Source: an uncultured Candidatus Saccharibacteria bacterium | GTDB taxonomy: Bacteria > Patescibacteriota > WWE3 > UBA101185 > UBA10185 | DNA: 64,000 nucleotides | NCBI GenBank assembly: GCA_964385105.1 | Contig: CAYLMU010000001.1 | Location: 258,252-322,251, forward strand | Direction: 5' to 3' | Translations under genes and position numbers: made by a program | Shown here: in pieces, positions 1 to 10,332 of the stretch | Numbering within the stretch: the stretch's first letter is position 1 | Layout: every line of letters begins with the position of its first letter | The notes under the pieces: model-generated | The model's input: the letters and a program-made list of their open reading frames with translations, nothing else | Told to the model about the DNA's origin: nothing | Database searches by the model: none

Positions 1-528
1 TCTATTTCAGGAAGAGGAACTGTTGCTACAGGAAGAATTGAAAGAGGTATTGTAAAAGTAGGAGAAGAAGTAGAGCTTGTAGGTATTAAAGGTACAAAGA
101 AAACCGTTGTGACCGGAGTTGAGATGTTTAACAAACAACTTCAGGAAGGTCAGGCCGGAGATAACGTAGGACTATTGTTAAGAGGTGTTGAAAGAGAAGG
201 TATTGAAAGAGGTCAGGTTTTGGCTAAAACCGGATCGATTCAACCTCATACCGAATTTGAAGCACAGATTTACGTGCTCTCAAAAGAGGAAGGCGGACGA
301 CACAAAGCATTTTTTACCGGATACAGACCTCAATTCTATTTACGAACCACTGACGTAACCGGAGAGATAACTTTACCGGACGGAGTTGAAATGGTAATGC
401 CTGGTGATGACGTAAGTATTAAAGTAAAACTTATCACACCTGTTGCATTGGAAGATGGTCTTAAATTTGCTATAAGAGAAGGCGGACATACAGTTGGAGC
501 AGGAGTTATTACAAAAGTAACTGCATAA
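1..528 (+). CDS. tuf: Elongation factor Tu, C-terminal part (5' end outside window)
   Basis: Frame 1 open from base 1: [16 protein letters not shown]...[10 protein letters not shown]...[14 protein letters not shown]...[10 protein letters not shown]; stop TAA at 526-528. Confidence 0.98.
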   Translation, partial: SISGRGTVATGRIERGIVKVGEEVELVGIKGTKKTVVTGVEMFNKQLQEGQAGDNVGLLLRGVEREGIERGQVLAKTGSIQPHTEFEAQIYVLSKEEGGRHKAFFTGYRPQFYLRTTDVTGEITLPDGVEMVMPGDDVSIKVKLITPVALEDGLKFAIREGGHTVGAGVITKVTA

Positions 529-543
529 TAATCAAAAATTAGC

Positions 544-569
544 GGGGCGTCGCATAGACGCCCCTTTTT
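544..569 (+). terminator. Intrinsic terminator after tuf
   Basis: GGGGCGTC-GCATA-GACGCCCC perfect 8-bp stem followed by TTTTT. Confidence 0.85.
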
Positions 570-585
570 AAGCAGGAAATCAGAT

Positions 586-909
586 ATGGCAAAAGCAAAA
601 ACACAACAAACAAGAATAAGAATAAAACTAAACGCTTATGACAGCAGAATAATTGACTTAAGTTGTGATAGAATCGTGGATGCTGCTGTACGCACAGGAG
701 CATCAGTAGCCGGACCCATACCGTTACCTACAAGGATTGAAAAATTTACGGTAATTAGAGGTCCTCATATTGATAAAAGATCACGGGAACAATTTGAATT
801 AAGAACACACAAGAGGGTAATAGACGTGATAAATCCAACATCATCAACAATAGAGAATCTGTCTAATCTCAATCTACCGGCAGGAGTTGGGATTTCTATA
901 AAGATGTAA
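586..909 (+). CDS. rpsJ: 30S ribosomal protein S10 (uS10)
   Basis: IRIKLNAYD...GPIPLPT...[11 protein letters not shown]. Confidence 0.98.
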   Translation: MAKAKTQQTRIRIKLNAYDSRIIDLSCDRIVDAAVRTGASVAGPIPLPTRIEKFTVIRGPHIDKRSREQFELRTHKRVIDVINPTSSTIENLSNLNLPAGVGISIKM

Positions 910-962
910 GATTCATATACGTAGTGAAAAGTTAAAATATGTGTATATTGAATAAAATTAAT

Positions 963-1023
963 TATAATTTTTAAACTAAAGGGTTAAACTAAGGTACTTA
1001 AAGGCCCTTTAAGGGTCTTTTTT
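963..1023 (+). promoter_or_regulatory. Putative -10 box plus candidate attenuator leader of rplC
   Basis: TATAAT 963-968; hairpin AAAGGCCCT(1000-1008)/AGGGTCTTT(1012-1020) with T run to 1023; alternative pairing TAAAGGG(977-983)/CCCTTTA(1005-1011). Confidence 0.5.
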
Positions 1024-1033
1024 ATTGAATAAG

Positions 1034-1474
1034 ATGACTGAAGAAACACAAAATAAAATAATAACAGGTTCAAAGATGCAAATGAGCCAGGTTTTTACAC
1101 CTGAAGGTAAAGTGATTCCTGTTACTATTGTTAAAGTTTCAGGAAAAGTGGATGAAGATTTAGAAAATAAAGAAGTTATAGTTGTAGGTAAGTCAAAAGG
1201 TAAAGGTTTTACCGGAACCATTAAAAAATGGGGATTTGCCCGCCAACCGGTTACCCGTGGACAGTCAGACAAAACAAGAGCTCCGGGGTCAATTGGTGCT
1301 CAAACTCCGGGAAGAGTTTTTAAAGGTAAAAAAATGGCCGGTCGCCATGGAAACAAACAGGTTACAATAAAAGGTTTAAAAGTTATTAAGGTAGATTTTG
1401 AAAATAATCATGTAATGGTTTCAGGACCCATACCGGGTGCAAGAAATTCTGAAGTGAAAATTAGGGTCATTTAA
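1034..1474 (+). CDS. rplC: 50S ribosomal protein L3 (uL3), internally shortened (146 aa)
   Basis: MSQVF..G.VIPVT, GKSKGKGFTG, RAPGSIG, GRVFKGKKMAG, GPIPG motifs; position in S10 operon; ATG 1034 preferred over TTG 1025. Confidence 0.95.
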   Translation: MTEETQNKIITGSKMQMSQVFTPEGKVIPVTIVKVSGKVDEDLENKEVIVVGKSKGKGFTGTIKKWGFARQPVTRGQSDKTRAPGSIGAQTPGRVFKGKKMAGRHGNKQVTIKGLKVIKVDFENNHVMVSGPIPGARNSEVKIRVI

Positions 1475-1475
1475 C

Positions 1476-2102
1476 ATGAAAATAGATATTTTTGATAAAA
1501 ACGGAAAATCTGTAGAAAAAGCCACATTATCTGATGAGGTTTTTGGTATTGAGCCAAGAACAACATTGCTAAGACAGTATATAAGAGTTGTTCAAAATAA
1601 TAAAAGACAAGGCACATCAGCGGCCAAAACACGAGCCGAAGTAAGTGGTGGCGGTAGAAAGCCATACAGACAAAAAGGAACAGGTAGAGCAAGAGCCGGG
1701 TCAACACGTAGTCCTTTATGGCGACACGGTGGTATAATCCATGGGCCAAAACCAAAAAGCTGGTCGTTGTCTTTTCCTAAGAAAATGAGGAGATTGGCAA
1801 TGCTTTCTGCGCTTTCAATTAAAGCTGCCGAAAATAAAATTATAGTAGTTGATCAATTAAAGTTTGATGAGCCAAAAATTACAAATATTGAAAGCTTTTT
1901 GAAAAATAATAATGTAGAAACCAAAAAAGGATTAATTGTATTAAATGAAAACGATATGGTTGTTAGAAAAAGTGCAAATAATCTTCCTATGGTAAGAACT
2001 GTGCTTTTAAACAATTTAAGTGCATATGATGTTCTTAAGTCAGACACGCTTATTTTTACAAAAGATTCGCTTGAGAAGTTAGAAGAGAAATATAAGGCAT
2101 AA
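1476..2102 (+). CDS. rplD: 50S ribosomal protein L4 (uL4)
   Basis: KTRAEVSGGGRKPYRQKGTGRARAGS. Confidence 0.98.
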   Translation: MKIDIFDKNGKSVEKATLSDEVFGIEPRTTLLRQYIRVVQNNKRQGTSAAKTRAEVSGGGRKPYRQKGTGRARAGSTRSPLWRHGGIIHGPKPKSWSLSFPKKMRRLAMLSALSIKAAENKIIVVDQLKFDEPKITNIESFLKNNNVETKKGLIVLNENDMVVRKSANNLPMVRTVLLNNLSAYDVLKSDTLIFTKDSLEKLEEKYKA

Positions 2103-2105
2103 AAT

Positions 2106-2402
2106 ATGAATTTAAGTAAAGTTATAAAAAAACCAATAATTACCGAAAAAAGTATTTCAGGGCAAAATGCTCAAAATAAATATTTTTTTGAGGTACACAG
2201 AAGCGCATCAAAAGGTTTAATTAAAGAAGCTGTTGAAAATATGTTTGGTATAGATGTTGTGGATGTAAGAACGAGCATTGTTCCTGGTAAAAAGCGCCGA
2301 ATTTTAAGAACAAGAAAATTTACAAAGCTTCCTGCATGGAAAAAAGCAATTGTAACAGTTGCCGAGGGGCAGGAAATCAAACTGATTAAAGAAGGAAAGT
2401 AA
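2106..2402 (+). CDS. rplW: 50S ribosomal protein L23 (uL23)
   Basis: PIITEKS...[10 protein letters not shown]...WKKAIV; synteny. Confidence 0.97.
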   Translation: MNLSKVIKKPIITEKSISGQNAQNKYFFEVHRSASKGLIKEAVENMFGIDVVDVRTSIVPGKKRRILRTRKFTKLPAWKKAIVTVAEGQEIKLIKEGK

Positions 2403-2403
2403 G

Positions 2404-3231
2404 ATGATAAAAAAATACAAACCGACAAGTCCGGGAATGAGGACACGAAAAACAATAAAAAGAGACGAAATAACAAAAAATCGTCCTGAAAAATCATTGA
2501 CTAAGCCGCTAAAAGGAGCAGTCGGTCGAAATAATGGCAGAATATCTATAAGAGCCAGAGAACGTGGTGCAAAAAAGCATTATAGAATAATTGACTTTAA
2601 ACGTGACAAAAAAGACATTCCTGCAAAAGTAGCTGCAATTGAATATGATCCCAACAGAGGGCCTAATATTGCTTTATTACATTATGCAGACGGAGAAAAA
2701 AGATATATATTAGCTCCTGAAGGTTTGGAAGTTGGCATGACCGTCATGTCGGGAGAAAATTCTGACATTAAAGTTGGAAATGCTTTACCTCTTGAAAAAA
2801 TACCACTTGGGTTTGAAGTTCATAATATAGAAATCAGCCCCGGTAAAGGAGGACAATTAGCTCGAGGTGCAGGTAATAAAGGTGTTTTATTGGCAAGAGA
2901 TGCAGGCATGGTGAATATAAAGTTACCAAGCGGAGAAGTTAAAAGAATAAGAGCTATGTGTTATGCTACAATCGGTGCGCTAGGTAATGCAGATGAAAGA
3001 CACACAAGACTTGGAAAAGCCGGAAAGAAAAGACACTTAGGTAGAAGACCACAAGTTAGAGGACTTGCTATGGCAAATCCAAAGGATCATCCGCATGCAG
3101 GTTCATATAGTGATACCGGTACAGGACATCCAAAAACTCCGTGGGGCAAGCCTACTAAAGGTTTTAAAACTAGAAAAAGAAAGCATACTAATAAGTATAT
3201 AGTTACACCAAGGCGTAAGAAGAAACGCTAG
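2404..3231 (+). CDS. rplB: 50S ribosomal protein L2 (uL2)
   Basis: [34 protein letters not shown]. Confidence 0.98.
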   Translation: MIKKYKPTSPGMRTRKTIKRDEITKNRPEKSLTKPLKGAVGRNNGRISIRARERGAKKHYRIIDFKRDKKDIPAKVAAIEYDPNRGPNIALLHYADGEKRYILAPEGLEVGMTVMSGENSDIKVGNALPLEKIPLGFEVHNIEISPGKGGQLARGAGNKGVLLARDAGMVNIKLPSGEVKRIRAMCYATIGALGNADERHTRLGKAGKKRHLGRRPQVRGLAMANPKDHPHAGSYSDTGTGHPKTPWGKPTKGFKTRKRKHTNKYIVTPRRKKKR

Positions 3232-3242
3232 TTAGGTAAAAT

Positions 3243-3518
3243 ATGGCAAGATCACTTAAAAAAGGTCCGGTAATAGATGAAAAGCTGATGAAAAAGCTTA
3301 ATAAAATGAAAGAATCCGGGCAGAAAAAACCAATAAAGACCTGGGCTAGATCCAGCACAATTACTCCTGAGATGGTGGGATATACTTTTCAGGTGCATAA
3401 CGGAAGAATTCACATAGATGTTTATGTGACCGAAGCAATGGTAGGTCACAAACTTGGAGAATTTTCACCAACAAGAACATTTAGAGGTCATTCATCCAAA
3501 AAAGCAAAAATGAGGTAA
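3243..3518 (+). CDS. rpsS: 30S ribosomal protein S19 (uS19)
   Basis: MARSLKKGP...[13 protein letters not shown]. Confidence 0.98.
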   Translation: MARSLKKGPVIDEKLMKKLNKMKESGQKKPIKTWARSSTITPEMVGYTFQVHNGRIHIDVYVTEAMVGHKLGEFSPTRTFRGHSSKKAKMR

Positions 3519-3522
3519 AAAT

Positions 3523-3873
3523 ATGAATAAAGCTTTAGTATACGCAAAAAGTAAATATGTACGAACATCCGTTAAAAAGACGCGACCTGTATTGGATTTG
3601 GTTAGAGGTAAAGATGTGAATGAAGCCAAAAAAATACTAAGATTTCATCCGGCAAAACCTGCAAAGTTGCTTTTGAAAACATTAAATTCTGCGGTTTCAA
3701 ATGCAAGGCATAATCTGGATTTAAATGAGAAAAACCTGTATATTTCAGAATTGTATGTTAATGAGGGTCCAACAATGAAACATGGTCAGTTTGTAGGTAG
3801 AGGAAGATTCAACCCTATTTTAAAAAGGACATCTCATATAGTTGTAGGTTTATCTGAAAGGGACAAGAAATAA
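3523..3873 (+). CDS. rplV: 50S ribosomal protein L22 (uL22)
   Basis: LNSAVSNA...VNEGPTMK...KRTSHI. Confidence 0.97.
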   Translation: MNKALVYAKSKYVRTSVKKTRPVLDLVRGKDVNEAKKILRFHPAKPAKLLLKTLNSAVSNARHNLDLNEKNLYISELYVNEGPTMKHGQFVGRGRFNPILKRTSHIVVGLSERDKK

Positions 3874-4505
3874 TGGGACAAAAAATACACCCCCACGGTT
3901 TTAGACTTGGAATAATAAAAGACTGGAAATCCAAATGGTATGTTGACCAGGATAAATTTGGTGATTATGTTGTTGAAGATTTTAAAATTCGTCAATTTTT
4001 GGATAAGCAGCTAAGTACCGCAGGACTGGAATCGGTAATTATTGAGAGGTCGCCAAATGAAGTGAATATTATGGTTCGTGTGTCTCGCCCGGGATTAGTT
4101 ATTGGTAGAGGTGGTTCAGGTGTGGAAGAGCTTGAAAAGAAGCTTCGTAAATTAACCGAGTCAAAGCTAAAACTCACTGTAGAAGAGGTAAAGTCTCCGG
4201 AGCTTAATGCAGCACTTGTTGCAGAATATATAGGAAGACAATTTAAAAGAAGAATTCCGTACAGACGTGCAGTGAATTCTGCAGTTCAATCTGCAATGGA
4301 TAAAGGTGCCAAGGGTATAAAAATAAGAGTTTCAGGTTTATTAAGCGGAGGAAACTCTATTGCAAGAACCGAAACATATGAAAGAGGCTCTGTTCCGACA
4401 CAAACATTAAGAGCTAACATAGATTATGCACAAAAAGATATTCATTTAATTTACGGAACCGTAGGTGTGAAGGTTTGGATTTATCATGGAGAGGAAGAAA
4501 TTTAA
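3873..4505 (+). CDS. rpsC: 30S ribosomal protein S3 (uS3)
   Basis: MGQKIHPHGFRLG, RPGLVIGRGG, TLRANIDY, YGTVGVKVWI. Confidence 0.98.
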   Translation: MGQKIHPHGFRLGIIKDWKSKWYVDQDKFGDYVVEDFKIRQFLDKQLSTAGLESVIIERSPNEVNIMVRVSRPGLVIGRGGSGVEELEKKLRKLTESKLKLTVEEVKSPELNAALVAEYIGRQFKRRIPYRRAVNSAVQSAMDKGAKGIKIRVSGLLSGGNSIARTETYERGSVPTQTLRANIDYAQKDIHLIYGTVGVKVWIYHGEEEI

Positions 4506-4521
4506 ATAAGGAAAAAAGCTT

Positions 4522-4929
4522 ATGTTGATGCCAAAAAAAGTAAAATTTAGAAAAGCAATGAGAGGAAATAACAAGGGCATGGCCGTTAGGGGTTCTACTG
4601 TTTCATTTGGTGAATATGCTTTAAAGGCTGAAGAAAGAGGTCTTCTTACATCAAGACAAATTGAGTCGGCAAGAAAAGCTGTGACACACAGAACAAAAAG
4701 AGGCGGAAAATTGTGGATTAGAGTGTTTCCTGATAAGCCTATATCAAAAAAGGCCGCAGAAACAAGAATGGGGGGAGGTAAATCCCCGGTCTCGCACTAT
4801 GCAGCTGTTATCAAACCCGGAAAAATCATCTTTGAGATTTCAGGAGTAACAGAAGAAACAGCTCGTGAAGCATTTAAAATGGCAGCAAATAAACTGCCTA
4901 TTAGAACAAGATTTATAAAGGTAGATTAA
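4522..4929 (+). CDS. rplP: 50S ribosomal protein L16 (uL16)
   Basis: [23 protein letters not shown]. Confidence 0.98.
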   Translation: MLMPKKVKFRKAMRGNNKGMAVRGSTVSFGEYALKAEERGLLTSRQIESARKAVTHRTKRGGKLWIRVFPDKPISKKAAETRMGGGKSPVSHYAAVIKPGKIIFEISGVTEETAREAFKMAANKLPIRTRFIKVD

Positions 4930-4930
4930 T

Positions 4931-5128
4931 ATGGATTTAAAAGAATTAAGAAAACAATCTATAGAAGAATTAAAAGCAACATTAAAAGCGAAAGAATCGG
5001 AAGCACAGGAAGCGGTTATGGATTTATTGAAAGAAAAAGAAAAAAATGTTAGTAAAGTAAGGTTTTTAAAAAAGGATATTGCAAGAATAAAAACAATTAT
5101 AAATGAAAGGAAATTTGTAGAACAATAA
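4931..5128 (+). CDS. rpmC: 50S ribosomal protein L29 (uL29)
   Basis: ELRKQSIEEL...KKDIARIKTIINE; synteny. Confidence 0.95.
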   Translation: MDLKELRKQSIEELKATLKAKESEAQEAVMDLLKEKEKNVSKVRFLKKDIARIKTIINERKFVEQ

Positions 5129-5129
5129 T

Positions 5130-5369
5130 ATGGCTAAAAAAACATTTAAAGGATCAGTAGTTTCGGATAAGATGCAAAAAACCGTGGTAGTAGCGGTTGA
5201 GCTTCCGAAAAAACATCCTTTATATAACAAAGAAATAAAGAATACAAAAAGGTTTAAGGCACGAAATGAAGTTGATGCTAAATTAAACGATATTGTTGTT
5301 ATTGAAGAATGCAGACCTTACAGCAAAGAAGTTACATGGAAAGTGGTGGAGGTAGTTTCTGCCAAATAA
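5130..5369 (+). CDS. rpsQ: 30S ribosomal protein S17 (uS17)
   Basis: GSVVSDKMQKTVVV...HPLY...ECRPYSK. Confidence 0.97.
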   Translation: MAKKTFKGSVVSDKMQKTVVVAVELPKKHPLYNKEIKNTKRFKARNEVDAKLNDIVVIEECRPYSKEVTWKVVEVVSAK

Positions 5370-5386
5370 TTTAGAAAAGGGAAAAT

Positions 5387-5755
5387 ATGGTACAAATTGG
5401 CACAACATTAAATGTAGCAGACAACTCGGGAGCAAAACTACTAAAAATTGTAGGTATACCCGGTCATTCAAAAAAGAAAGTAGCTAAAGTCGGAGATATT
5501 GTTACATGTGCTGTCAAAGGTGCTTCATCAAGGGGAGTAGTTAAAGACCATAGTGTGGTAAAAGTAGTTATTGTGAGAACAAAAAAGGAAACCAGAAGAA
5601 ACGACGGTTCATACATTAGATTTGACGATAACGCAGGTGTTGTGATTAATAAAGACAAAAACATGCTGGGAACAAGAATTTTTGGGCCGGTTGCAAGGGA
5701 ATTAAGAGACCAGGGTTATTTAAAAATAGCTTCATTGGCTAAAGAAGTTTGGTAA
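5387..5755 (+). CDS. rplN: 50S ribosomal protein L14 (uL14)
   Basis: [27 protein letters not shown]. Confidence 0.98.
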   Translation: MVQIGTTLNVADNSGAKLLKIVGIPGHSKKKVAKVGDIVTCAVKGASSRGVVKDHSVVKVVIVRTKKETRRNDGSYIRFDDNAGVVINKDKNMLGTRIFGPVARELRDQGYLKIASLAKEVW

Positions 5756-5761
5756 AAATAT

Positions 5762-6070
5762 ATGAAAATAAGAAAAAATGACAAAGTAAAAATTATAGCA
5801 GGAAAAGATAAGGGTAAAACCGGGAAAGTTATTGCTGTGCTTACGGATAAAAATAAAGTTATAGTTGAGGGTGTTAATTTAGTTAAAAAACATATTAAAA
5901 AAGGTCAAGGCAGCGAAGAAGGCGGAATAGTTAATATGGAAAAGCCAATTGATGCGTCAAATGTAATGTTTATTGATGAAAAGTCAGGTTTACCCGTAAG
6001 ACTTGGATATAAAGTTGTAGACGGTAAAAAATATAGAGTTTCTAAAAAAAACGGAGAAATAATTAAATAA
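5762..6070 (+). CDS. rplX: 50S ribosomal protein L24 (uL24)
   Basis: KOW motif VKIIAGKDKGKTG, VEGVN, PIDASNV. Confidence 0.98.
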   Translation: MKIRKNDKVKIIAGKDKGKTGKVIAVLTDKNKVIVEGVNLVKKHIKKGQGSEEGGIVNMEKPIDASNVMFIDEKSGLPVRLGYKVVDGKKYRVSKKNGEIIK

Positions 6071-6071
6071 A

Positions 6072-6614
6072 ATGAATAGACTTAGAACAGCATACAAAGA
6101 AAAAGTTCAGAATCAATTAGTGGAAGATCTTGGTTTATCTAGTATAATGGAAGCTCCTAAGCTCCGAAAGATTGTTGTTAACGCAGGTATTGGAGATTTT
6201 AAAGATAACAAGGAAGCATTGGATTCATTTGTAGAAGAGTTAATGCAAATTACAGGTCAGAAACCGGCACCCAGAGCTGCACGAAAATCAGAATCGGGAT
6301 TTAAGATAAGACAGGGAGATGTAGTTGGGTACTCTGTAACCTTAAGAGGTGAAAGAATGTGGGCTTTTCTTGATAAGTTTATAAATATTGTATTGCCAAG
6401 AGTAAGAGATTTTAAGGGCTTAAACCCAAAATCTTTTGATGAAAGCGGTAATTATTCGGTTGGGATAAGGGAACATGTTATATTTCCGGAAATAAACCCA
6501 AACAAAGTTAAAGGAATTAGAAGTTTACAGATTACATTTGGTATATCTTCAAAAGAACCTGCACACAGCAGAGTATTACTTGAAAAACTTGGTATACCAT
6601 TTATGAAAGATTAA
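6072..6614 (+). CDS. rplE: 50S ribosomal protein L5 (uL5)
   Basis: [27 protein letters not shown]. Confidence 0.98.
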   Translation: MNRLRTAYKEKVQNQLVEDLGLSSIMEAPKLRKIVVNAGIGDFKDNKEALDSFVEELMQITGQKPAPRAARKSESGFKIRQGDVVGYSVTLRGERMWAFLDKFINIVLPRVRDFKGLNPKSFDESGNYSVGIREHVIFPEINPNKVKGIRSLQITFGISSKEPAHSRVLLEKLGIPFMKD

Positions 6615-6615
6615 T

Positions 6616-6801
6616 ATGGCTAAAAAAGCATTAGTACAAAAACAAAAAAAAGGATCAAAATTTTCTGTTAGAGATTACAACAGGTGTAAAATTTGTGGTA
6701 ACTCTCGCGGGTTTATGAGAAGATTTAAAATTTGTCGTAAATGTTTTAGGGAACTCGCACACAAAGGTGAGATTCCGGGTGTAAAGAAGTCAAGCTGGTA
6801 A
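6616..6801 (+). CDS. rpsZ: 30S ribosomal protein S14, zinc-binding (type Z)
   Basis: RCKICG...[21 protein letters not shown], 61 aa. Confidence 0.95.
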   Translation: MAKKALVQKQKKGSKFSVRDYNRCKICGNSRGFMRRFKICRKCFRELAHKGEIPGVKKSSW

Positions 6802-6803
6802 AT

Positions 6804-7205
6804 ATGAGTAAAGATTTATTATCAAACATGTTAAGCACTATTCAAAATGCAGCCCTTGTTAAAAAGGAGTTTGTAGAAGTGCCTTTTAGTAATGAATGCT
6901 TGGCTGTGGCCGAAGTTTTAAAAAATCATGGTTATTTAACTGACGTAAAAACTTTTAAAGAAAAAGGAAAATATTACAAAAAGTTAAGATTAGATATTGC
7001 TTATAAATCAGACGGCACTCCAAAATTAAGTTCAGTTCAAAGAGTATCAAAACCAGGAAGAAGATTATACAAAGGCACATCAGCTATTGGAAGTGTTATG
7101 GGAGGATATGGTTTGCTTGTTGTTTCTACTTCCCGCGGGGTTATGTCGGGTGAAGAGGCAAAAAAGAAAAAATTAGGCGGAGAAGTTGTTTGTAGGATAT
7201 TTTAA
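6804..7205 (+). CDS. rpsH: 30S ribosomal protein S8 (uS8)
   Basis: RVSKPGRRLY, VSTSRGVM, GGEVVC. Confidence 0.98.
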   Translation: MSKDLLSNMLSTIQNAALVKKEFVEVPFSNECLAVAEVLKNHGYLTDVKTFKEKGKYYKKLRLDIAYKSDGTPKLSSVQRVSKPGRRLYKGTSAIGSVMGGYGLLVVSTSRGVMSGEEAKKKKLGGEVVCRIF

Positions 7206-7207
7206 AA

Positions 7208-7750
7208 ATGTCAAGAATAGGAAAAAACCCAGTTTCAATACCAAGTGATGTTACCGTTCAAATAAATAACGGTGTTATAAATGTTAAAGGACCTAAAGGT
7301 GAATTAAGTTATGAAACACGACCGGAGATTGATGTAAAAGTGGTAGAAGATAAGGTGGTTGCCGAGGTAAAAATTGACACAAAACAGTCAAATGCTTTGT
7401 GGGGTTTGACACAATCTTTAGTAAAAAATATGATTGAAGGCGTAACAAAAGGATATGAAAAGAAATTGGAATTGGTTGGTGTTGGATATAGGGTAAAAAG
7501 TGTGAATCCTACTGAGGTAAGCATAACAGTTGGATATTCGCATCCTGTGGAATTTAAGGCTCCGGAAGGCGTTACTTTGGATGTAGAGGGTACAACCGAA
7601 CTAACAGTAAAAGGAATAGATAAACACCTGGTCGGGCAGACTGCGGCCAACATCAGAAAAATAAGAAAACCCGAGCCATATAAAGGTAAAGGAATAAAAT
7701 ATGCAGACGAAGTAGTTAGAAGAAAACCGGGTAAAACAGGTAAAGTTTAA
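7208..7750 (+). CDS. rplF: 50S ribosomal protein L6 (uL6)
   Basis: MSRIGK, VKGPKG, GVGYR, PEPYKGKGI. Confidence 0.98.
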   Translation: MSRIGKNPVSIPSDVTVQINNGVINVKGPKGELSYETRPEIDVKVVEDKVVAEVKIDTKQSNALWGLTQSLVKNMIEGVTKGYEKKLELVGVGYRVKSVNPTEVSITVGYSHPVEFKAPEGVTLDVEGTTELTVKGIDKHLVGQTAANIRKIRKPEPYKGKGIKYADEVVRRKPGKTGKV

Positions 7751-7758
7751 AGGAAAAT

Positions 7759-8118
7759 ATGTATCACGTTAAACTAAGAACAGGAAAAGAAAAAAGAAAG
7801 CTAAGAGTTAGAAAGAATATTTTCGGTACTCCAGAAAGGCCAAGGCTTTCTATTTTTAGATCAAATAAATATTTATATGCTCAGCTTATTGATGATGAAA
7901 AAGGAACTACAATTGTTTCGTTATCATCAAATGATGTAAAAAAAACTCATGCTGAAAACAAAAAAGTGGATGCAGCGTTTGAATTGGGTAAAAAACTTGC
8001 AAATAGCGCCAAAAAAGCTAAAGTTACAAAAGTAGTATTTGATCGAAGCGGGTACAAGTATCATGGTAGAGTAAAAAGTTTTGCAGATGGTGTCCGTGAA
8101 GGCGGTTTGGAATTTTAA
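7759..8118 (+). CDS. rplR: 50S ribosomal protein L18 (uL18)
   Basis: RPRLSIFRSN..YAQLIDD, FDRSGYKYHGRV. Confidence 0.98.
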   Translation: MYHVKLRTGKEKRKLRVRKNIFGTPERPRLSIFRSNKYLYAQLIDDEKGTTIVSLSSNDVKKTHAENKKVDAAFELGKKLANSAKKAKVTKVVFDRSGYKYHGRVKSFADGVREGGLEF

Positions 8119-8120
8119 TT

Positions 8121-8585
8121 ATGAATAGAGGATTTAAACAAGATAGAGAATTTGAAGATAGAATTGTAGAAACTAAAAGAGTTTCAAAAAAAACCCGCGG
8201 AGGTAATAAAATCGGGTTTACTGCTTTAGTTGTGAGCGGAAATAGAGACGGAAAAGTAGGGTTTGGGCTTGGAAAAGCTCCGGACATTTCTTCTGCGATT
8301 CAAAAAGGTATTAAACTTGCAAAACGCAACATGATTGAAGTAAATCTTACTGAACACGGCTCTATTCCACATGAAATTACAGAAAAATACAAAGCATCCG
8401 TTGTAAAGCTCATGCCTGCTCCTGAAGGTTCGGGGGTTATTGCCGGCGGCGCTGTAAGGCACATTGTTGAATTGGCAGGAGTAAAAAATATTTCGGCCAA
8501 ATTAATCGGCTCTAATAATAAAATGGCTACAATTCAGTGTACTGTTAATGCTTTACAAAAATTAAAGTCTGAAAGTGAAAAATAA
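8121..8585 (+). CDS. rpsE: 30S ribosomal protein S5 (uS5)
   Basis: RVSKKTRGG, GKVGFGLGKA, PAPEGSGVIAGG. Confidence 0.98.
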   Translation: MNRGFKQDREFEDRIVETKRVSKKTRGGNKIGFTALVVSGNRDGKVGFGLGKAPDISSAIQKGIKLAKRNMIEVNLTEHGSIPHEITEKYKASVVKLMPAPEGSGVIAGGAVRHIVELAGVKNISAKLIGSNNKMATIQCTVNALQKLKSESEK

Positions 8586-9029
8586 ATGAAATTAGATAAT
8601 TTAAACAAATTAAAAGGTGTTAAATCTGCAAAAAAACGAAGAGGTCGTGGTGCAGGTAGTGGAAAAGGTATGCATACCACAGGGGCTGGTCACAAAGGGC
8701 AAAAAGCAAGAGCAGGAAATAGTATGCCATTTGGATTTGAGGGCGGTCAGGTTCCTTTATACAAGAAACTACCAAAGCTTGGAGGTTTTAGAAGCTTAAA
8801 CCCAAAAAAAGTTGCAATAATCAACTTATCTAATTTAAATAAGTTTGATGAAGGTGCAGTGGTTACTCCTGAAAGTATTGTTGAGAGTGGTATGATTAAC
8901 TTTATACCAAGACACGGCGTGAAAGTATTGGCAAACGGGGAAATAGAAAAGAAACTTACGTTAAAAGGCTTTTTGTTTTCGGAATCGGCAAAGCAAAAAC
9001 TTGAAAAAGCAGGCTGCAAAATAGAATAA
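8586..9029 (+). CDS. rplO: 50S ribosomal protein L15 (uL15)
   Basis: RRGRGAGSGKG, GHKGQKAR, FEGGQVPL. Confidence 0.98.
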   Translation: MKLDNLNKLKGVKSAKKRRGRGAGSGKGMHTTGAGHKGQKARAGNSMPFGFEGGQVPLYKKLPKLGGFRSLNPKKVAIINLSNLNKFDEGAVVTPESIVESGMINFIPRHGVKVLANGEIEKKLTLKGFLFSESAKQKLEKAGCKIE

Positions 9030-9036
9030 TTAATTC

Positions 9037-10311
9037 ATGATAAAAGCACTAAAGTTACCTCATTTAAGAAGAAAAATTCTTTTCACATTTTTAGTTATTG
9101 TTATTTTTAGATTTTTGGCATTTATACCTGTTCCCGGTGTTGATGTAAGCGCGGTTAAAAGTTATGTTGAATCAAACCAGCTTTTAGGAATTTATAATTT
9201 ATTGGGAGGTGGGGGTTTGCAAAACTTTTCATTAATTACGCTTGGTTTAGGCCCATATATTAATGCATCCATTATTATTCAGTTGTTTACGGCAATGATT
9301 CCAAGTCTTGAAGAGTTATCTAAAGAAGGAGAATCAGGCCGCGAGAAGATTAATCAGTATACAAGGCTGCTTTCGTTGCCTATTTCGGTAATGCAGGCCT
9401 ATGGAATTTACTTTTTATTGAGCAATCAGGCACAAATAGGTACTCAAAAAGTACTGGGAGATCTTGATGCTTTTGGACTGCTGGTGCTTATTACCTCAAT
9501 GACAGCCGGTTCGATGCTTTTAGTTTGGGTTGGAGATTTAGTTACTGAATATGGAATTGGAAACGGAGTTTCAATACTAATTTTTGCCGGAATTATTAGC
9601 AGTTTACCATTTGCAGCGTTGCAGTTTATTTCCTCGGCTCAATTAATAGGATTGATGAGCATTGTTGTCTTTTTATTTTTAAGTTTGATTGTTATTTTTG
9701 GAGTTGTGCTTGTCAATGAGGGAACAAGAAATATTCCCATCGAATATGGACGTAGGGGTACGTTGTCTCAAAAAGTTTCTAACCACTTACCTATTAAACT
9801 TAACCAGGCCGGTGTTATTCCAATAATTTTTGCTGTTTCTATTGTAACTTTGCCAACAATAATCAGCGGACCATTAAGTGCTGCTTCTCAGCCTTATTTA
9901 TATAACACAGGAATATTTTTGGCACAAAATTTTAACCCTCAATCGTGGGGCTACAACTTGCTTTACTTTTTATTGGTAGTCGGATTCACGTTTTTTTACA
10001 CATTTGTACAGTTTAATCCGGAAAAGATTGCAGATGACATAAAAAGACGCGGAGGGTTTATTCCGGGGATAAGACCGGGTAAATCAACAAAAGAATATTT
10101 GCAAAGTGTTGTTACCAGATTAACTTTATTCGGTTCTGTGTTTCTTGGTCTAATCGCAATATTGCCATACATAGTACAAAATATAACCGGTTTAACAAAT
10201 CTTTCAGTTGGAGGTACAGGATTATTAATTGTAGTATCAGTTGTTTTGGAAACTGTGAGGCAAATACAATCCCAGGCTGTAAATAAGAGTTACAGTAGTT
10301 ATTTAGATTAA
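9037..10311 (+). CDS. secY: Preprotein translocase subunit SecY
   Basis: [58 protein letters not shown]. Confidence 0.98.
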   Translation: MIKALKLPHLRRKILFTFLVIVIFRFLAFIPVPGVDVSAVKSYVESNQLLGIYNLLGGGGLQNFSLITLGLGPYINASIIIQLFTAMIPSLEELSKEGESGREKINQYTRLLSLPISVMQAYGIYFLLSNQAQIGTQKVLGDLDAFGLLVLITSMTAGSMLLVWVGDLVTEYGIGNGVSILIFAGIISSLPFAALQFISSAQLIGLMSIVVFLFLSLIVIFGVVLVNEGTRNIPIEYGRRGTLSQKVSNHLPIKLNQAGVIPIIFAVSIVTLPTIISGPLSAASQPYLYNTGIFLAQNFNPQSWGYNLLYFLLVVGFTFFYTFVQFNPEKIADDIKRRGGFIPGIRPGKSTKEYLQSVVTRLTLFGSVFLGLIAILPYIVQNITGLTNLSVGGTGLLIVVSVVLETVRQIQSQAVNKSYSSYLD

Positions 10312-10332
10312 ATTTGGTAAAATAGAGGGGCT

